Shown here piece after piece: positions 20,086-28,906 of a DNA stretch of 64,000 nt (its first letter is position 1; each line of letters starts with the position of its first letter). The notes under the pieces are model-generated. The model was not told where the DNA came from and did not search any database. It saw only the letters and a program-made list of their open reading frames with translations. This DNA comes from a virus. The translations under genes and the position numbers were made by a program. The stretch spans positions 140-64,139 of the IMG/VR virus record IMGVR_UViG_3300020045_013880. One strand, written 5' to 3'.

Positions 20086-20310
20086 ATGAAAAAATAATTT
20101 ATCATTGTCGGCTGGGAATCTAATAATATTTGGAAAGTTGCAGAAGTTTTGCAGTCTGTTTCTGATGATTATGGCTTTAAGTCGGCAGAAGATATTGAAG
20201 ATGCAATGATTTTTTATTCATTCAAGGAAGCTAAAACAATGAAAGACCATTTGGATGCAAAATATTCTGATGTAAGTTGGTATATCACGCTAAAATCTTA
20301 CGAGGAATAA
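20086..20310 (+). pseudogene. cassette gene with in-frame TAA at codon 4
   Basis: MKK*FIIVGWESNNIWKV...LKSYEE*; ends 4 nt before site 2. Confidence 0.6.
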
Positions 20311-20314
20311 GCAC

Positions 20315-20392
20315 TTCCAACGGCTTCAATTGCGACCGTGCTGTAAAAGTGAAAACTTTTTGCTGCCATGTACGTAATTGCCAGCGTTGGAA
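20315..20392 (+). repeat. attC-like site 2
   Basis: TTCCAAC-GGCTT-CAATTGCG...CGTAATTG-CCAGC-GTTGGAA, 78 bp. Confidence 0.8.
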
Positions 20393-20599
20393 GAAAACCG
20401 ATTTAGGCAATTTCGCTTTGGAGAAGTCGCCGAGTGCATTTTGTAGAATTAACACTTTGAAAATGAGTGAATTATTTATATATTTGTTCATCGTTTATTC
20501 AAGGGGTCGGATACTTGAACTGACGATTTAGACTTTTAGTCTATAACTGCCCCAATATATGCAATCCGACGCATTGAGGGACTTTTTTTATTTACAATT

Positions 20600-21118
20600 A
20601 TGTCAAAAACTGGATTTAGAAACGGAGATTTGTTTTGTTTCAATTGTGGCACATCTCAAAAAATGCCATTGCCTATGCCTGTTCAATTAGCAACTGATTT
20701 TATGAAATCATTTGAAAAACTTCATAAGGATTGCGAAAAAACATGGACAGAACCAAAAAATGAAACGAGCGAAAAAAGTGAAATTGAAAACGCTTTGTGG
20801 TGGCTTAAAAATGGAGAACAAGGTATAAGTTCAAAAACAATGTTCAAATACCTTTCTGACGACAATATTCCGCTAAATATTAACAGCGAAAGCCATCCAT
20901 TAGACCCTGACGATTTTAAAAGGTGCTATAAGTTACTAAAAGCAGTTCCTCAATTTAAAGTGAAGTTAGGCAGAATGAGAAATATAAGCACAACTTGGGC
21001 TAATTTGGTGGACAATTGGGATAAGCTAACAGAAATGTATGAGGAAAACGTAAGGACGGAGTGGAAAAACTATAAAAAAATAGGAATGTATGAATTTATG
21101 AAAAGTCTCGGCTGCTAA
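20600..21118 (+). CDS. cassette gene, phage hypothetical protein with N-terminal CxxC
   Basis: CFNCG, GEQGISSKTM, HPLDPDDFKRC..LL. Confidence 0.75.
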   Translation: MSKTGFRNGDLFCFNCGTSQKMPLPMPVQLATDFMKSFEKLHKDCEKTWTEPKNETSEKSEIENALWWLKNGEQGISSKTMFKYLSDDNIPLNINSESHPLDPDDFKRCYKLLKAVPQFKVKLGRMRNISTTWANLVDNWDKLTEMYEENVRTEWKNYKKIGMYEFMKSLGC

Positions 21119-21122
21119 AAAC

Positions 21123-21199
21123 TTCCAACTTTAAGCTGGGCGATGGAGAAGTATTTTGACTTCAAAATTGCTCACCTTTACGCATAGCGACAGTTGGAA
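21123..21199 (+). repeat. attC-like site 3
   Basis: TTCCAAC-TTTAA-GCTGGGCG...CGCATAGC-GACA-GTTGGAA, 77 bp. Confidence 0.8.
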
Positions 21200-21273
21200 C
21201 GGTGAGCCTTTAAAACTCCGCCGACCAACGGTCGCCAAGTAAAACTCGAGAACCAATAAATCAAAAAAAGAAC

Positions 21274-21555
21274 ATGGACACCAACGCAAATCAAACGTCG
21301 AATGAGACTGTAACCGCAAAAAAATACACATTGCAAGATGTAGTTAATTCAATTATATCAATAGATATGAGAGGTTCTAATAATTGGCAAAAAAGAGTTG
21401 ATAAATTATTTGAAATACTAAAGGCATCGACTAATAATTCAAAAGAAATGCCAGCGTTTTCTTTTACTCCATTTTATTATATTGAAAATGGCGAATGGTA
21501 CGCAAGTACATGGGAAATGAAAAAGGCAGTATGTCCTTTAGATATTGAAGTTTAA
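21274..21555 (+). CDS. cassette gene, hypothetical
   Basis: ORF between sites 3 and 4. Confidence 0.65.
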   Translation: MDTNANQTSNETVTAKKYTLQDVVNSIISIDMRGSNNWQKRVDKLFEILKASTNNSKEMPAFSFTPFYYIENGEWYASTWEMKKAVCPLDIEV

Positions 21556-21569
21556 TCGTTGTACAAGTT

Positions 21570-21648
21570 TTCCAACTGGGGCAAAGACGATGAAGGAGTA
21601 ATTGAGGAACGAAAATTTGCCCTCTTTTACTTCTTTGCAGAGTTGGAA
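21570..21648 (+). repeat. attC-like site 4
   Basis: TTCCAAC-TGGG-GCAAAGA...TCTTTGC-AGA-GTTGGAA, 79 bp. Confidence 0.8.
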
Positions 21649-21737
21649 GAAAACCAATTTTGAACGCTCCGCCTTCGGGGTGTCGCCGAGTAAATTAGAG
21701 ATTTTTGAGTTTGAAACCATAAACCCCCGCTTTAATC

Positions 21738-22151
21738 ATGTAGAATAGAACTAAGCGTGAATTAATCAAAAATAAATTTGGGGGACTTTGTGCATATTCT
21801 GGTAAGGAATTAGACGAAAAGTGGCAAGTTGACCATGCAATGCCAAAAATGCACCCAATTTGGATACAGGATAAAGAAATGAAGTTAAAATATGGAGTGT
21901 CTTTTGATGATGTAAATGATATTGGAAATTTAATTCCCGCTATTTCGATAATAAATCACTACAAAAGAGATAGAACAATAGAACAATTTCGGGAGTTTAT
22001 GCTTACTTTTCATAAAAGACTTGCCAAATTGCCTAAGAAAACGGTAGTAAAAGCAACTGAAAGAAGAATAAAATACATGAAAAAGGTAGCTGAACTTTTT
22101 GAAATTGAAGTTGATAAACCTTTTTGTGGTAAATTCTATTTCGAGAACTAA
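21738..22151 (+). pseudogene. HNH endonuclease cassette gene with TAG at codon 2
   Basis: M*NRTKRELIKNKFGGLCAYSGKELDEKWQVDH...NLIPA...NHYKR; the ORF-track start at 21840 omits the CAY/VDH part. Confidence 0.7.
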
Positions 22152-22153
22152 CC

Positions 22154-22233
22154 TTCCAACTGCCTGCAAATGTGATGCAGGAGTATTGAGCAAAGCGAAA
22201 ATTGCCCTCGTTTACATATTTGCTACGTTGGAT
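22154..22233 (+). repeat. attC-like site 5
   Basis: TTCCAAC-TGCCT-GCAAAT...ATTTGC-TAC-GTTGGAT, 80 bp. Confidence 0.8.
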
Positions 22234-22307
22234 GGCAAACCAACGTGGCAAAGCAACGCTTTCCAAGTGTCGCCAAGTGCCAAACAGAGAATAAACACTT
22301 TTTAATT

Positions 22308-22526
22308 ATGAATGATATTTCAAAATGTTGTGGTTTTAGAATTAAGCCAAATACTACCGAAATGTGCGGAAAAAGAAACGATTGTAAAAGATTTATTTCA
22401 GTTGAGCCACTAAAAACACAATCAATGATTGAACCAAAATTTGTCAATTATTTATCAAGAAATGGCAGAATATTATGGTCGGTAGATTGTGAGGATTTTT
22501 TAACTAAAAATAAAGATGAAAGTTGA
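22308..22526 (+). CDS. cassette gene, Cys-rich small protein
   Basis: MNDISKCCG...CGKRNDCKRF...CEDF; the ATG at 22308 is preferred over the ORF-track start. Confidence 0.6.
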   Translation: MNDISKCCGFRIKPNTTEMCGKRNDCKRFISVEPLKTQSMIEPKFVNYLSRNGRILWSVDCEDFLTKNKDES

Positions 22527-22561
22527 AATTAAATTTTGTCCTAACTGGCTGAAAACTAAAT

Positions 22562-22629
22562 TTCCAACTGTTTGATGGGCGATGAAGTGGTCATTTTCGG
22601 CAATCTTTTACGCACTTGTTTCGTTGGAG
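22562..22629 (+). repeat. attC-like site 6
   Basis: TTCCAAC...GGGCGATGAAG...CTTTTACGC...GTTGGAG, 68 bp. Confidence 0.7.
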
Positions 22630-22756
22630 TTTCGGGATTTTCAAACGCTCCGCTAATCAGATGTCGCCAAGTGCCAAAACACCGCTTCGATAATATGCGA
22701 ACCGCTTTTATAAACCATTCTCCCCAAATTTGAGGAGAATCAAAACAAACAAAAAT

Positions 22757-22999
22757 ATGAGAAATAGACAAATGCTTGCTTTTGCTCAAATGGCTGCTTT
22801 AAATTACGATTTCAATACTGGAATAACTCCAAGAAAGGTTGATTTATCGACCGAGAAAAAAGAACCTCCAATTCCAAAAGGTCATAAAATTTTCTATTTA
22901 GATGGAGTTGAAATTACTGCTTTGAATCAAAAAAACGCTATAAAGAAATTTCAGAAAAAGTATCTTTATACGCCTACTATTGATATTGTCGTAGAATAA
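22757..22999 (+). CDS. cassette gene, hypothetical
   Basis: MRNRQML...PIPKGHK.F..DG.EI.ALN.KNAIKKF. Confidence 0.65.
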   Translation: MRNRQMLAFAQMAALNYDFNTGITPRKVDLSTEKKEPPIPKGHKIFYLDGVEITALNQKNAIKKFQKKYLYTPTIDIVVE

Positions 23000-23004
23000 G
23001 CCAC

Positions 23005-23083
23005 TTCCAACTTTTGCAAAGCCGATGCCGTAGTAATTTTTGTCAAAAAATTTGCTCGCTTTTACTTATTTGCATAGTTGGAG
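23005..23083 (+). repeat. attC-like site 7
   Basis: TTCCAAC-TTT-TGCAAA...TTTGCA-TA-GTTGGAG, 79 bp. Confidence 0.8.
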
Positions 23084-23154
23084 ATTCAGGCACATGAGAA
23101 AACGCTTTTACGAAGTCGCCCGATATGAAAGCGTACCAAACTAAAAATAAAACT

Positions 23155-23415
23155 ATGAACACCAACGCAAATCTAATGTCGGAAAAATCTGAAAAGGTAA
23201 TGACATACGCTAAAAAGTTGTCAAAAGAGTGCGAAGATGATGAAGAATTTATGGATAATTTTGAAGCTGTTTTCTGTCATTTAGAAGATGCGATAACCGA
23301 ATTATCTATAATTAAGCAGGTTGAAATAGTTATTTGTGCAATGAAAATAACTTTACTCGGCAGGAGGAAAATTATGAAAGACACTTTTGATACAAGAAAG
23401 ATTTTGATGGCGTAG
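23155..23415 (+). CDS. cassette gene, hypothetical
   Basis: MNTNANLMSEK...; lies between sites 7 and 8. Confidence 0.6.
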   Translation: MNTNANLMSEKSEKVMTYAKKLSKECEDDEEFMDNFEAVFCHLEDAITELSIIKQVEIVICAMKITLLGRRKIMKDTFDTRKILMA

Positions 23416-23422
23416 AACATTT

Positions 23423-23499
23423 TTCCAACTGTGGGAAAGACGGCCCGAAGTGGTTTTGTAAAAAACTTGCGAAGCGGCTCGCTCTTTGCATAGTTGGAA
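23423..23499 (+). repeat. attC-like site 8
   Basis: TTCCAACTGTGGGAAAGA...TCTTTGCATAGTTGGAA, 77 bp. Confidence 0.8.
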
Positions 23500-23591
23500 G
23501 TAAGCAAGCGTAGCGAACGGAAGACACGAAGTGTCGCCCGTGAAAGTTGAGAATTGAAATCTAAAATAAAACTTAAAAACACGCAAATATC

Positions 23592-23921
23592 ATGTCGGAA
23601 ATAACCATAAGTAGAGATGAAATCAAAGAAGATATTTATGTAGAGATTTTTGAAAAAGAATCACACCATGCCCACGAATTAGTTCTTGATAAAGACGGGA
23701 CGATTCGATGGAAAGCAGATAAATATACTAATCATTATTTGCAAAATATATCTTTAAATGATTTATGCACATTATTGCAAAATTTAGGATTTGGGAAAAA
23801 TTCAGAAGTATATCGAAAATTATACAGGAATATGGGAACTTCTCTTTTTGCATATTGGGAGGTTTTTTACTGGGAAATAAATAATGAAGATGCTGACGAA
23901 TACGTCGCTAATGCGTTTTAA
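23592..23921 (+). CDS. cassette gene, hypothetical
   Basis: 109 aa; its stop is 1 nt before site 9. Confidence 0.7.
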   Translation: MSEITISRDEIKEDIYVEIFEKESHHAHELVLDKDGTIRWKADKYTNHYLQNISLNDLCTLLQNLGFGKNSEVYRKLYRNMGTSLFAYWEVFYWEINNEDADEYVANAF

Positions 23922-23922
23922 T

Positions 23923-24012
23923 TTCCAACACTAAGTTGGGCGAAATTCGAGTAAAAAGGTGTGAGCGAAAGCGAACGCCTTGCGAAGACATTTTGCCTAA
24001 CGCAAGTTGGAA
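23923..24012 (+). repeat. attC-like site 9 (last in array)
   Basis: TTCCAAC-ACTAA-GTTGGGCGAAAT...ATTTTGCCTAAC-GCAA-GTTGGAA, 90 bp. Confidence 0.8.
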
Positions 24013-24026
24013 CTCCCGAAAACATG

Positions 24027-24061
24027 AAATCCTTCAAACTATAACGCTTGAAGGATTTTTT
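24027..24061 (+). terminator. intrinsic terminator closing the cassette array
   Basis: AAATCCTTCAA-N-TTGAAGGATTTTTT. Confidence 0.7.
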
Positions 24062-24117
24062 AGTTTTTATAGTGCGAAATATGGTTAAAAAGATATTTGA
24101 TTTTATTAAAATTACTC

Positions 24118-24259
24118 AATTGTACTTTTCAAAGAATATTTGATTGAAATAGCGTGTTTTTCGATAAAAACGTTGTATTTTTCAAAGATTCTTTTTTTGT
24201 TGCTTGTTTGTTAAATATAATAATGTAATATTTGTACTATCATTAAATAACAAAACAAA
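24118..24259 (+). repeat. hairpin-plus-promoter repeat, copy 1
   Basis: AAAGAATMTTTGA...TCAAAGATTCTTT inverted repeat, T tract, then TTG-N20-AATATTTG. Confidence 0.85.
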
Positions 24260-24263
24260 CGCT

Positions 24264-24980
24264 ATGCAAGAAATCAAGAAAAGTTTTTCGCTTGAATATT
24301 ATATCAAGCAAAACACCTACAAAAAAATGCCCTACACTATACCAGAAATCTATCAATATCTCGAAACGTTCGGAAAGTTGCCTTTTAGTTGTAGCGACAC
24401 GGAAAATTGGGTTTATGAGTATTTAATTGAGAGACAAAGAAAATTTGGAGTTTATAATGACCAGTTTTTTACTCCTCCAGCATTGTGCGAGAAATTTGCA
24501 AATGAAATTGATTCTCACGTACCTGTTTTTAAGACTGATTTTATAATTGACTTATGTTGCGGATTTGGTGGACTTTCAAAATCATTTAAAAATAAAGGAT
24601 TCAACTATATTGCTGGAGTTGATTGCGACAAAGAACAAGATTTCGACTATGCTTGTGAAAAATTAGGAATCAACTATTTAGATTCTGACATTGAAAGTTT
24701 AAATGTGGAGGTTTTTAAAAAAGCAGATTTGATAATTTCAAACCCTCCATATCAAACAAATTTTTATCCACACTTTTTTAACAAAGCATTTGATTTGTTG
24801 AAATCTTACGGCACATTAGCTTTGATATTGCCAACTACTTTTTTCGATAATTTGAGAGATAGAGAAACTAAAAAATCTCTCGAAAAATGGACTTTGCCGT
24901 ATAAAATTTGTGATTCAAACATAGATTTTGCGAGAACAAAAATATCAACTTCAATTTTCATTTTAAACATAAACGATTAA
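24264..24980 (+). CDS. N6-adenine DNA methyltransferase-like protein (gamma motif order)
   Basis: QFFTPP, DLCCGFG, ISNPPY; start MQEIKK lies downstream of the promoter repeat. Confidence 0.8.
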   Translation: MQEIKKSFSLEYYIKQNTYKKMPYTIPEIYQYLETFGKLPFSCSDTENWVYEYLIERQRKFGVYNDQFFTPPALCEKFANEIDSHVPVFKTDFIIDLCCGFGGLSKSFKNKGFNYIAGVDCDKEQDFDYACEKLGINYLDSDIESLNVEVFKKADLIISNPPYQTNFYPHFFNKAFDLLKSYGTLALILPTTFFDNLRDRETKKSLEKWTLPYKICDSNIDFARTKISTSIFILNIND

Positions 24981-24984
24981 TAAA

Positions 24985-25866
24985 ATGCACTCACTAACAA
25001 GTTACACACAGAGAGCTATATCAGCCCACTCATGGATTTCTTTTCGCCCAGACGAAAGAGGAAAACAGTACATCGCTGAATGCGAATCTGAGCTTAAGCA
25101 AATTTTAGACTCAGTTCCTCCAGAGACTCATCATTGGGTAGCGGAAAAGTACAAACGTTTAATGTCTCATCACATTAGTAGCTTATCAAGAACTGCCAGC
25201 TCCGCTATTACTGGAGGGAGTGGCTTTAATGTTCGCAGACAAGAAAAAATGCGTAAATGGGAGCAGTCAAGTATGGAAACTTGGAGAGCATGGGTAAAGA
25301 ATATTGTCAAGAAACTGAACAGAGCAGAGCGGCCAACTCTCGATGTCCAAGTTGAAGAAAAGATTCAGCTAATCGAAGACTTAAAAGCAAATCATCAAAT
25401 GATGATTGATTCTAACAAAATTGTGAGAAATAAAAAGCTCACTTTGGAAGAGAAAAAAGAAGAGCTTTCTAATATCGGACTCGAAAACGAACTTATTGAA
25501 AAGTTATTTTCTGACAGGAATTTTTGGGGAGATGGATTTGCTGGTTTCCAACTAACTAACTCAAACGCAAAAATCAAGCAACATGAGAAAACTCTTGCCG
25601 AGCTTCAAAAAAGAGTTGAAGCAAGAAATGTTGAAGCTGACGAAGAAACAATAAACGGAGTAAGATTTGTTAGAAATATTGTGGACAACAGGCTGGAAGC
25701 TCATTTTAATGGAAAGCCAGAAAGAAAAACTATTGACTTACTAAAGTCTAATGGATTTCGTTGGACTCCATCAAAAGAATGCTGGCAGTCTTATCTTTCG
25801 ATAAACCATCACAAGCTAAATGAAGTTATTGAACACGTAAAATCTTTGAAAAATGACTCTTTCTGA
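24985..25866 (+). CDS. phage/conjugative-element hypothetical protein
   Basis: SSAITGGSGFN.RR.EK, FQLTNSNAKIK, NRLE..F.GKP....IDLLKSNGFRW.PS..CWQ. Confidence 0.65.
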   Translation: MHSLTSYTQRAISAHSWISFRPDERGKQYIAECESELKQILDSVPPETHHWVAEKYKRLMSHHISSLSRTASSAITGGSGFNVRRQEKMRKWEQSSMETWRAWVKNIVKKLNRAERPTLDVQVEEKIQLIEDLKANHQMMIDSNKIVRNKKLTLEEKKEELSNIGLENELIEKLFSDRNFWGDGFAGFQLTNSNAKIKQHEKTLAELQKRVEARNVEADEETINGVRFVRNIVDNRLEAHFNGKPERKTIDLLKSNGFRWTPSKECWQSYLSINHHKLNEVIEHVKSLKNDSF

Positions 25867-26128
25867 ACACAAAAAAGCAATCAAAGTTCTTAAAAAAGGA
25901 ATTATTGCCCTAAAAAAAGTAAGTCCAGTATCGCAAGAAGATTGGAATGAGTACGAAAAGCAAAAGGAGCTTTTACGGATTGAGCATAAAAGACTTTATT
26001 ATGCAAATAAGGAATTTTCTGGAATGAGTTCTGATTCAATACTAACAATGTTCAGAGCTAATTTAACATTGAGAACCATATAGTTCCATCAATTTGGAAT
26101 TGCAATAGACTACGAGAAGCTAAAATGA
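25853..26128 (+). pseudogene. hypothetical gene with in-frame TAG (26081-26083)
   Basis: ...LTLRTI*FHQFGIAIDYEKLK*; the read-through frame ends in an ATGA overlap with the next gene. Confidence 0.5.
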
Positions 26129-26334
26129 TTCATAAAGGCATGGAATTTGTCAGAGTCGATGTAGAAAGCATCGACTCTACAAAGAAAACTCTAAGAGCTA
26201 TGAAAATACCTCACAGAGTAATTAAGGTAGCAATACCTCACTCAATGATTTTAAGTAAGAAGACTTTTTTTATTAAACAACAATTATTTATTCAAAAAGA
26301 TTATGAAGAAAAATTTAAGAATTGCATCGTTTGA
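26125..26334 (+). CDS. hypothetical protein
   Basis: Operon-packed ORF. Confidence 0.5.
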   Translation: MIHKGMEFVRVDVESIDSTKKTLRAMKIPHRVIKVAIPHSMILSKKTFFIKQQLFIQKDYEEKFKNCIV

Positions 26335-27073
26335 TTTAGAAACTACTGGCGTAGATACAAACAAAGACAAAATTGTTCAACTCGCTGTACAGTTGCTCGA
26401 ATACGATTTTGAGCAAAAAGAGTTTATAACTCTTAAAATGTACGAAACTTTAGTAAACCCTGGCATTCCAATACCTGCTGGAGCTACGGAAGTTCATGGA
26501 ATCAGTGATGAAATGGTAAAAGATGCTCCGAAGTTTGAAGAAATTACAGGGGAATTGATGATTTTCTTCGGATATGAAACTGATTGCTTGAGCGGTTACA
26601 ATATTGGAAGTTTCGATGTTCCTTTAATTCTCACCGAATTTGACAGAGCTGGAATTGATGTAGATTTCTCTGGTAAAGTAATTTTGGACACATTCAAAAT
26701 CAACAATCACTTCAACCAAAGAACTCTATCAAATGTGTATAAGAATTACACACAAAAAGAGCTGGAAAATGCACATAGTGCGATGGTTGATGTAAATGGC
26801 TCAAATGAAGTTTTGCTCGCCCAGATTCAACAGCACGCACTTAATTTTGAAAATCCAAAAGAAATTGAATTGATTGTAAGCAATAACAAGCCAAGAGTTG
26901 ATTTTTCTCAGAGATTTACAGCTAACGAAGCTGGCGAGTTTGTGTTCAATTTTGGAAAGAATCAAGGAAAAAATGTTCTTTTGGAGAAAAACTATTTGAA
27001 TTGGATGCTTGGGCAGGACTTCTCAAATGATACCAAAAAGTGGATTAAAAAGTTCCTTAAAGATGATTATTAA
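26303..27073 (+). CDS. DEDDh 3'-5' exonuclease (DNA polymerase III epsilon-like)
   Basis: FDLETTG, VHGI, GYN..SFD, AHSA..DV and C-terminal FNFGK. Confidence 0.9.
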   Translation: MKKNLRIASFDLETTGVDTNKDKIVQLAVQLLEYDFEQKEFITLKMYETLVNPGIPIPAGATEVHGISDEMVKDAPKFEEITGELMIFFGYETDCLSGYNIGSFDVPLILTEFDRAGIDVDFSGKVILDTFKINNHFNQRTLSNVYKNYTQKELENAHSAMVDVNGSNEVLLAQIQQHALNFENPKEIELIVSNNKPRVDFSQRFTANEAGEFVFNFGKNQGKNVLLEKNYLNWMLGQDFSNDTKKWIKKFLKDDY

Positions 27074-27077
27074 TTGA

Positions 27078-27210
27078 AATTGCATTATTTAAAGAATCTT
27101 TGATTAAAATAGCGTGTTTTTCAGCAAAAACGTTGTATTTTTCAAAGATTCTTTTTTTATTGCTTGTTTGTTAAATATAATAATGTAATATTTGTACTAT
27201 CATTTAACAA
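27078..27210 (+). repeat. hairpin-plus-promoter repeat, copy 2
   Basis: Near-identical to 24118-24259. Confidence 0.85.
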
Positions 27211-27226
27211 TTAAATATATATAACT

Positions 27227-27655
27227 ATGAAATCAGTAAAAGTTATTTTAGTTGACCGCTCAAAAGATTATGTGACAGAAGTTAATGAATCTTCGACCGA
27301 TGAAGAAATAAAAGATTACTTTGTCGGTAAAGGATTTATTTTTTTAGAACAAAAAAATGAGGTTCTAATTAGATGCACGAAAGTTGTAATTCTTAATGAA
27401 AAACAAAAACTCGTTGAGAAATACCATAATCTTTTCAAAGAAATGCGAAATGAAATGGATTTCGACAAAAAACGTTTCTTGAATCAAAAATTGCAATCTT
27501 TCTGCGGCACAAACAAAATCATTATTCTACCAATGAAAAATAGTGATAATTGGGTTATATACGTTGACTCTCTTCCAGTCGCCGAATTTATTTCAGAAAA
27601 ACTTCCAAATGGAGATTTAAAATTCTATTCTTTTATTGAGTATTATGGAAAATAG
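27227..27655 (+). CDS. hypothetical protein
   Basis: First ORF after repeat copy 2. Confidence 0.65.
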   Translation: MKSVKVILVDRSKDYVTEVNESSTDEEIKDYFVGKGFIFLEQKNEVLIRCTKVVILNEKQKLVEKYHNLFKEMRNEMDFDKKRFLNQKLQSFCGTNKIIILPMKNSDNWVIYVDSLPVAEFISEKLPNGDLKFYSFIEYYGK

Positions 27656-27983
27656 CAAAAAGCCAGATATAAGAGACTTTGTTTTGCAAAACGCTCTCTT
27701 ATATCGCACACAAGAAAAAATCTTGCCAGAGACGATTTATGTAGAAATTTCGATGCTTTGCAATGACGCTCTAAGCAAGCCTTATGACAGAGAAACATTC
27801 ATGGAGCTTGCAAAATGGTTCAAACAAAATCCTCCAGTAAAAAGTGAGGCAGAATGTTTGAGAATCTTACAAAAAAAGATTCTTGATAAATGTAGGGAAA
27901 AACTTTCTTCAACTGATTTCGATTCAATCGAAACCCAAATTAACAGGCTATGTCAGAGTTTGAAATTAAGAGAATGGAGTTAA
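27636..27983 (+). CDS. hypothetical protein
   Basis: Operon-packed ORF. Confidence 0.6.
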   Translation: MSIMENSKKPDIRDFVLQNALLYRTQEKILPETIYVEISMLCNDALSKPYDRETFMELAKWFKQNPPVKSEAECLRILQKKILDKCREKLSSTDFDSIETQINRLCQSLKLREWS

Positions 27984-28150
27984 TGACTCCGAAGCAACGC
28001 ACCGCATATCGGAAGTTTATTTCTTCCGCTAATAGTCAAGCAAAATGCAGAAAGTCTCGAGGCTTAGAAAATTGCTACGCTTGTGTAGATTTCAGTAAAT
28101 GCGAGTTACCTAAAAATACAAAAAAACATTTAGAAAAATCAAGAACATGA
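27950..28150 (+). CDS. small Cys-rich protein
   Basis: C..SRG..NCYAC..F.KC. Confidence 0.5.
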   Translation: MSEFEIKRMELMTPKQRTAYRKFISSANSQAKCRKSRGLENCYACVDFSKCELPKNTKKHLEKSRT

Positions 28151-28386
28151 CAATCATACAGTTAAACAATGCCAATTCTTTAATAGAACAAATTAATATA
28201 CTCGAAAAAAGAATTCTTCTTATAAGAAATCAAAAAACGGAATATATTGATTTCTGGCATGGAAATGGAAATAGTCGTTCTACTGTTTGCGATGATGAAG
28301 AAATTATTTCTTTGGTGAAAGAAGTTATTCTTCAAAATACATTAAAAAAGTTAGAAAAATTAAATCAAGAATTTAAAGAATTATAA
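28147..28386 (+). CDS. hypothetical protein
   Basis: ATGA overlap with the previous gene. Confidence 0.6.
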   Translation: MTIIQLNNANSLIEQINILEKRILLIRNQKTEYIDFWHGNGNSRSTVCDDEEIISLVKEVILQNTLKKLEKLNQEFKEL

Positions 28387-28465
28387 ATATGAATTTAGCA
28401 CAATTCGATGAAATCATGAATAGATACCGCAGTTAAATTAATCAAAACTCTCAATCACTAAAGAA

Positions 28466-28906
28466 ATGATATTAAAATTCTTCAAATCAAATAGAAACCC
28501 AGACCAAATAGTTTCAGTAATTCCTACAAAAGAAGGAAAGAAAGTAGTTTTGCCAAATTACGAAATCAAAGAAGAGATTTTGTACGAAGTTGAAGTAGAA
28601 GAAAAAGAACGATTCTTTCAAGTAAAGAAAGCGGAGCCTTATGTTCCGTTCCTCACTTTTGAGGATTTACAAAACGGCAATATTCATTTAACGAGTATTT
28701 GCGGATTGAATTTGTATTTTAGTTCTGATTCAAACTCTGAAAAATTGTTAGAACTAATCTGTAAGTTCTACAATAAAAAGCAAGGAATGTTTAAGTACTC
28801 ATTTGAAGAGTACGAATTATCAAATAAAATACAAGATTTCATACAAGAGCGTAAAAAGCTCGCCAAGAAAGCAGTATTTGAGAGAATTACAACTGTTTTT
28901 AAATAA
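28466..28906 (+). CDS. hypothetical protein
   Basis: 146 aa ORF. Confidence 0.6.
   Translation: MILKFFKSNRNPDQIVSVIPTKEGKKVVLPNYEIKEEILYEVEVEEKERFFQVKKAEPYVPFLTFEDLQNGNIHLTSICGLNLYFSSDSNSEKLLELICKFYNKKQGMFKYSFEEYELSNKIQDFIQERKKLAKKAVFERITTVFK

Larger units (their letters stand above)
19664..24012 (+). mobile_element. integron-like gene cassette array with 9 attC-like sites and no integrase seen
   Basis: Nine TYCCAAC...GTTGGAD palindromes alternate with short same-strand ORFs. Confidence 0.7.

Noticed and set aside
20277-23586. ORFs crossing the attC-like sites (20277+, 20285-, 21131-, 21538-, 22033-, 22099+, 22556-, 23277-, 23353-)
   Set aside because: They are likely chance open frames through GC-richer palindromes and overlap better-supported genes.
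19664-24012. CRISPR array interpretation of the repeated elements
   Set aside because: The repeats are not identical, the intervals are 300-750 bp and contain whole ORFs, and no cas genes are present.
24204-24263. ORF-track starts MFVKYNNVIFV (24204) and MFIKYNNVIFV (31920) as a shared protein domain
   Set aside because: They are translations of the promoter repeat; ATG starts lie at 24264 and 31983.
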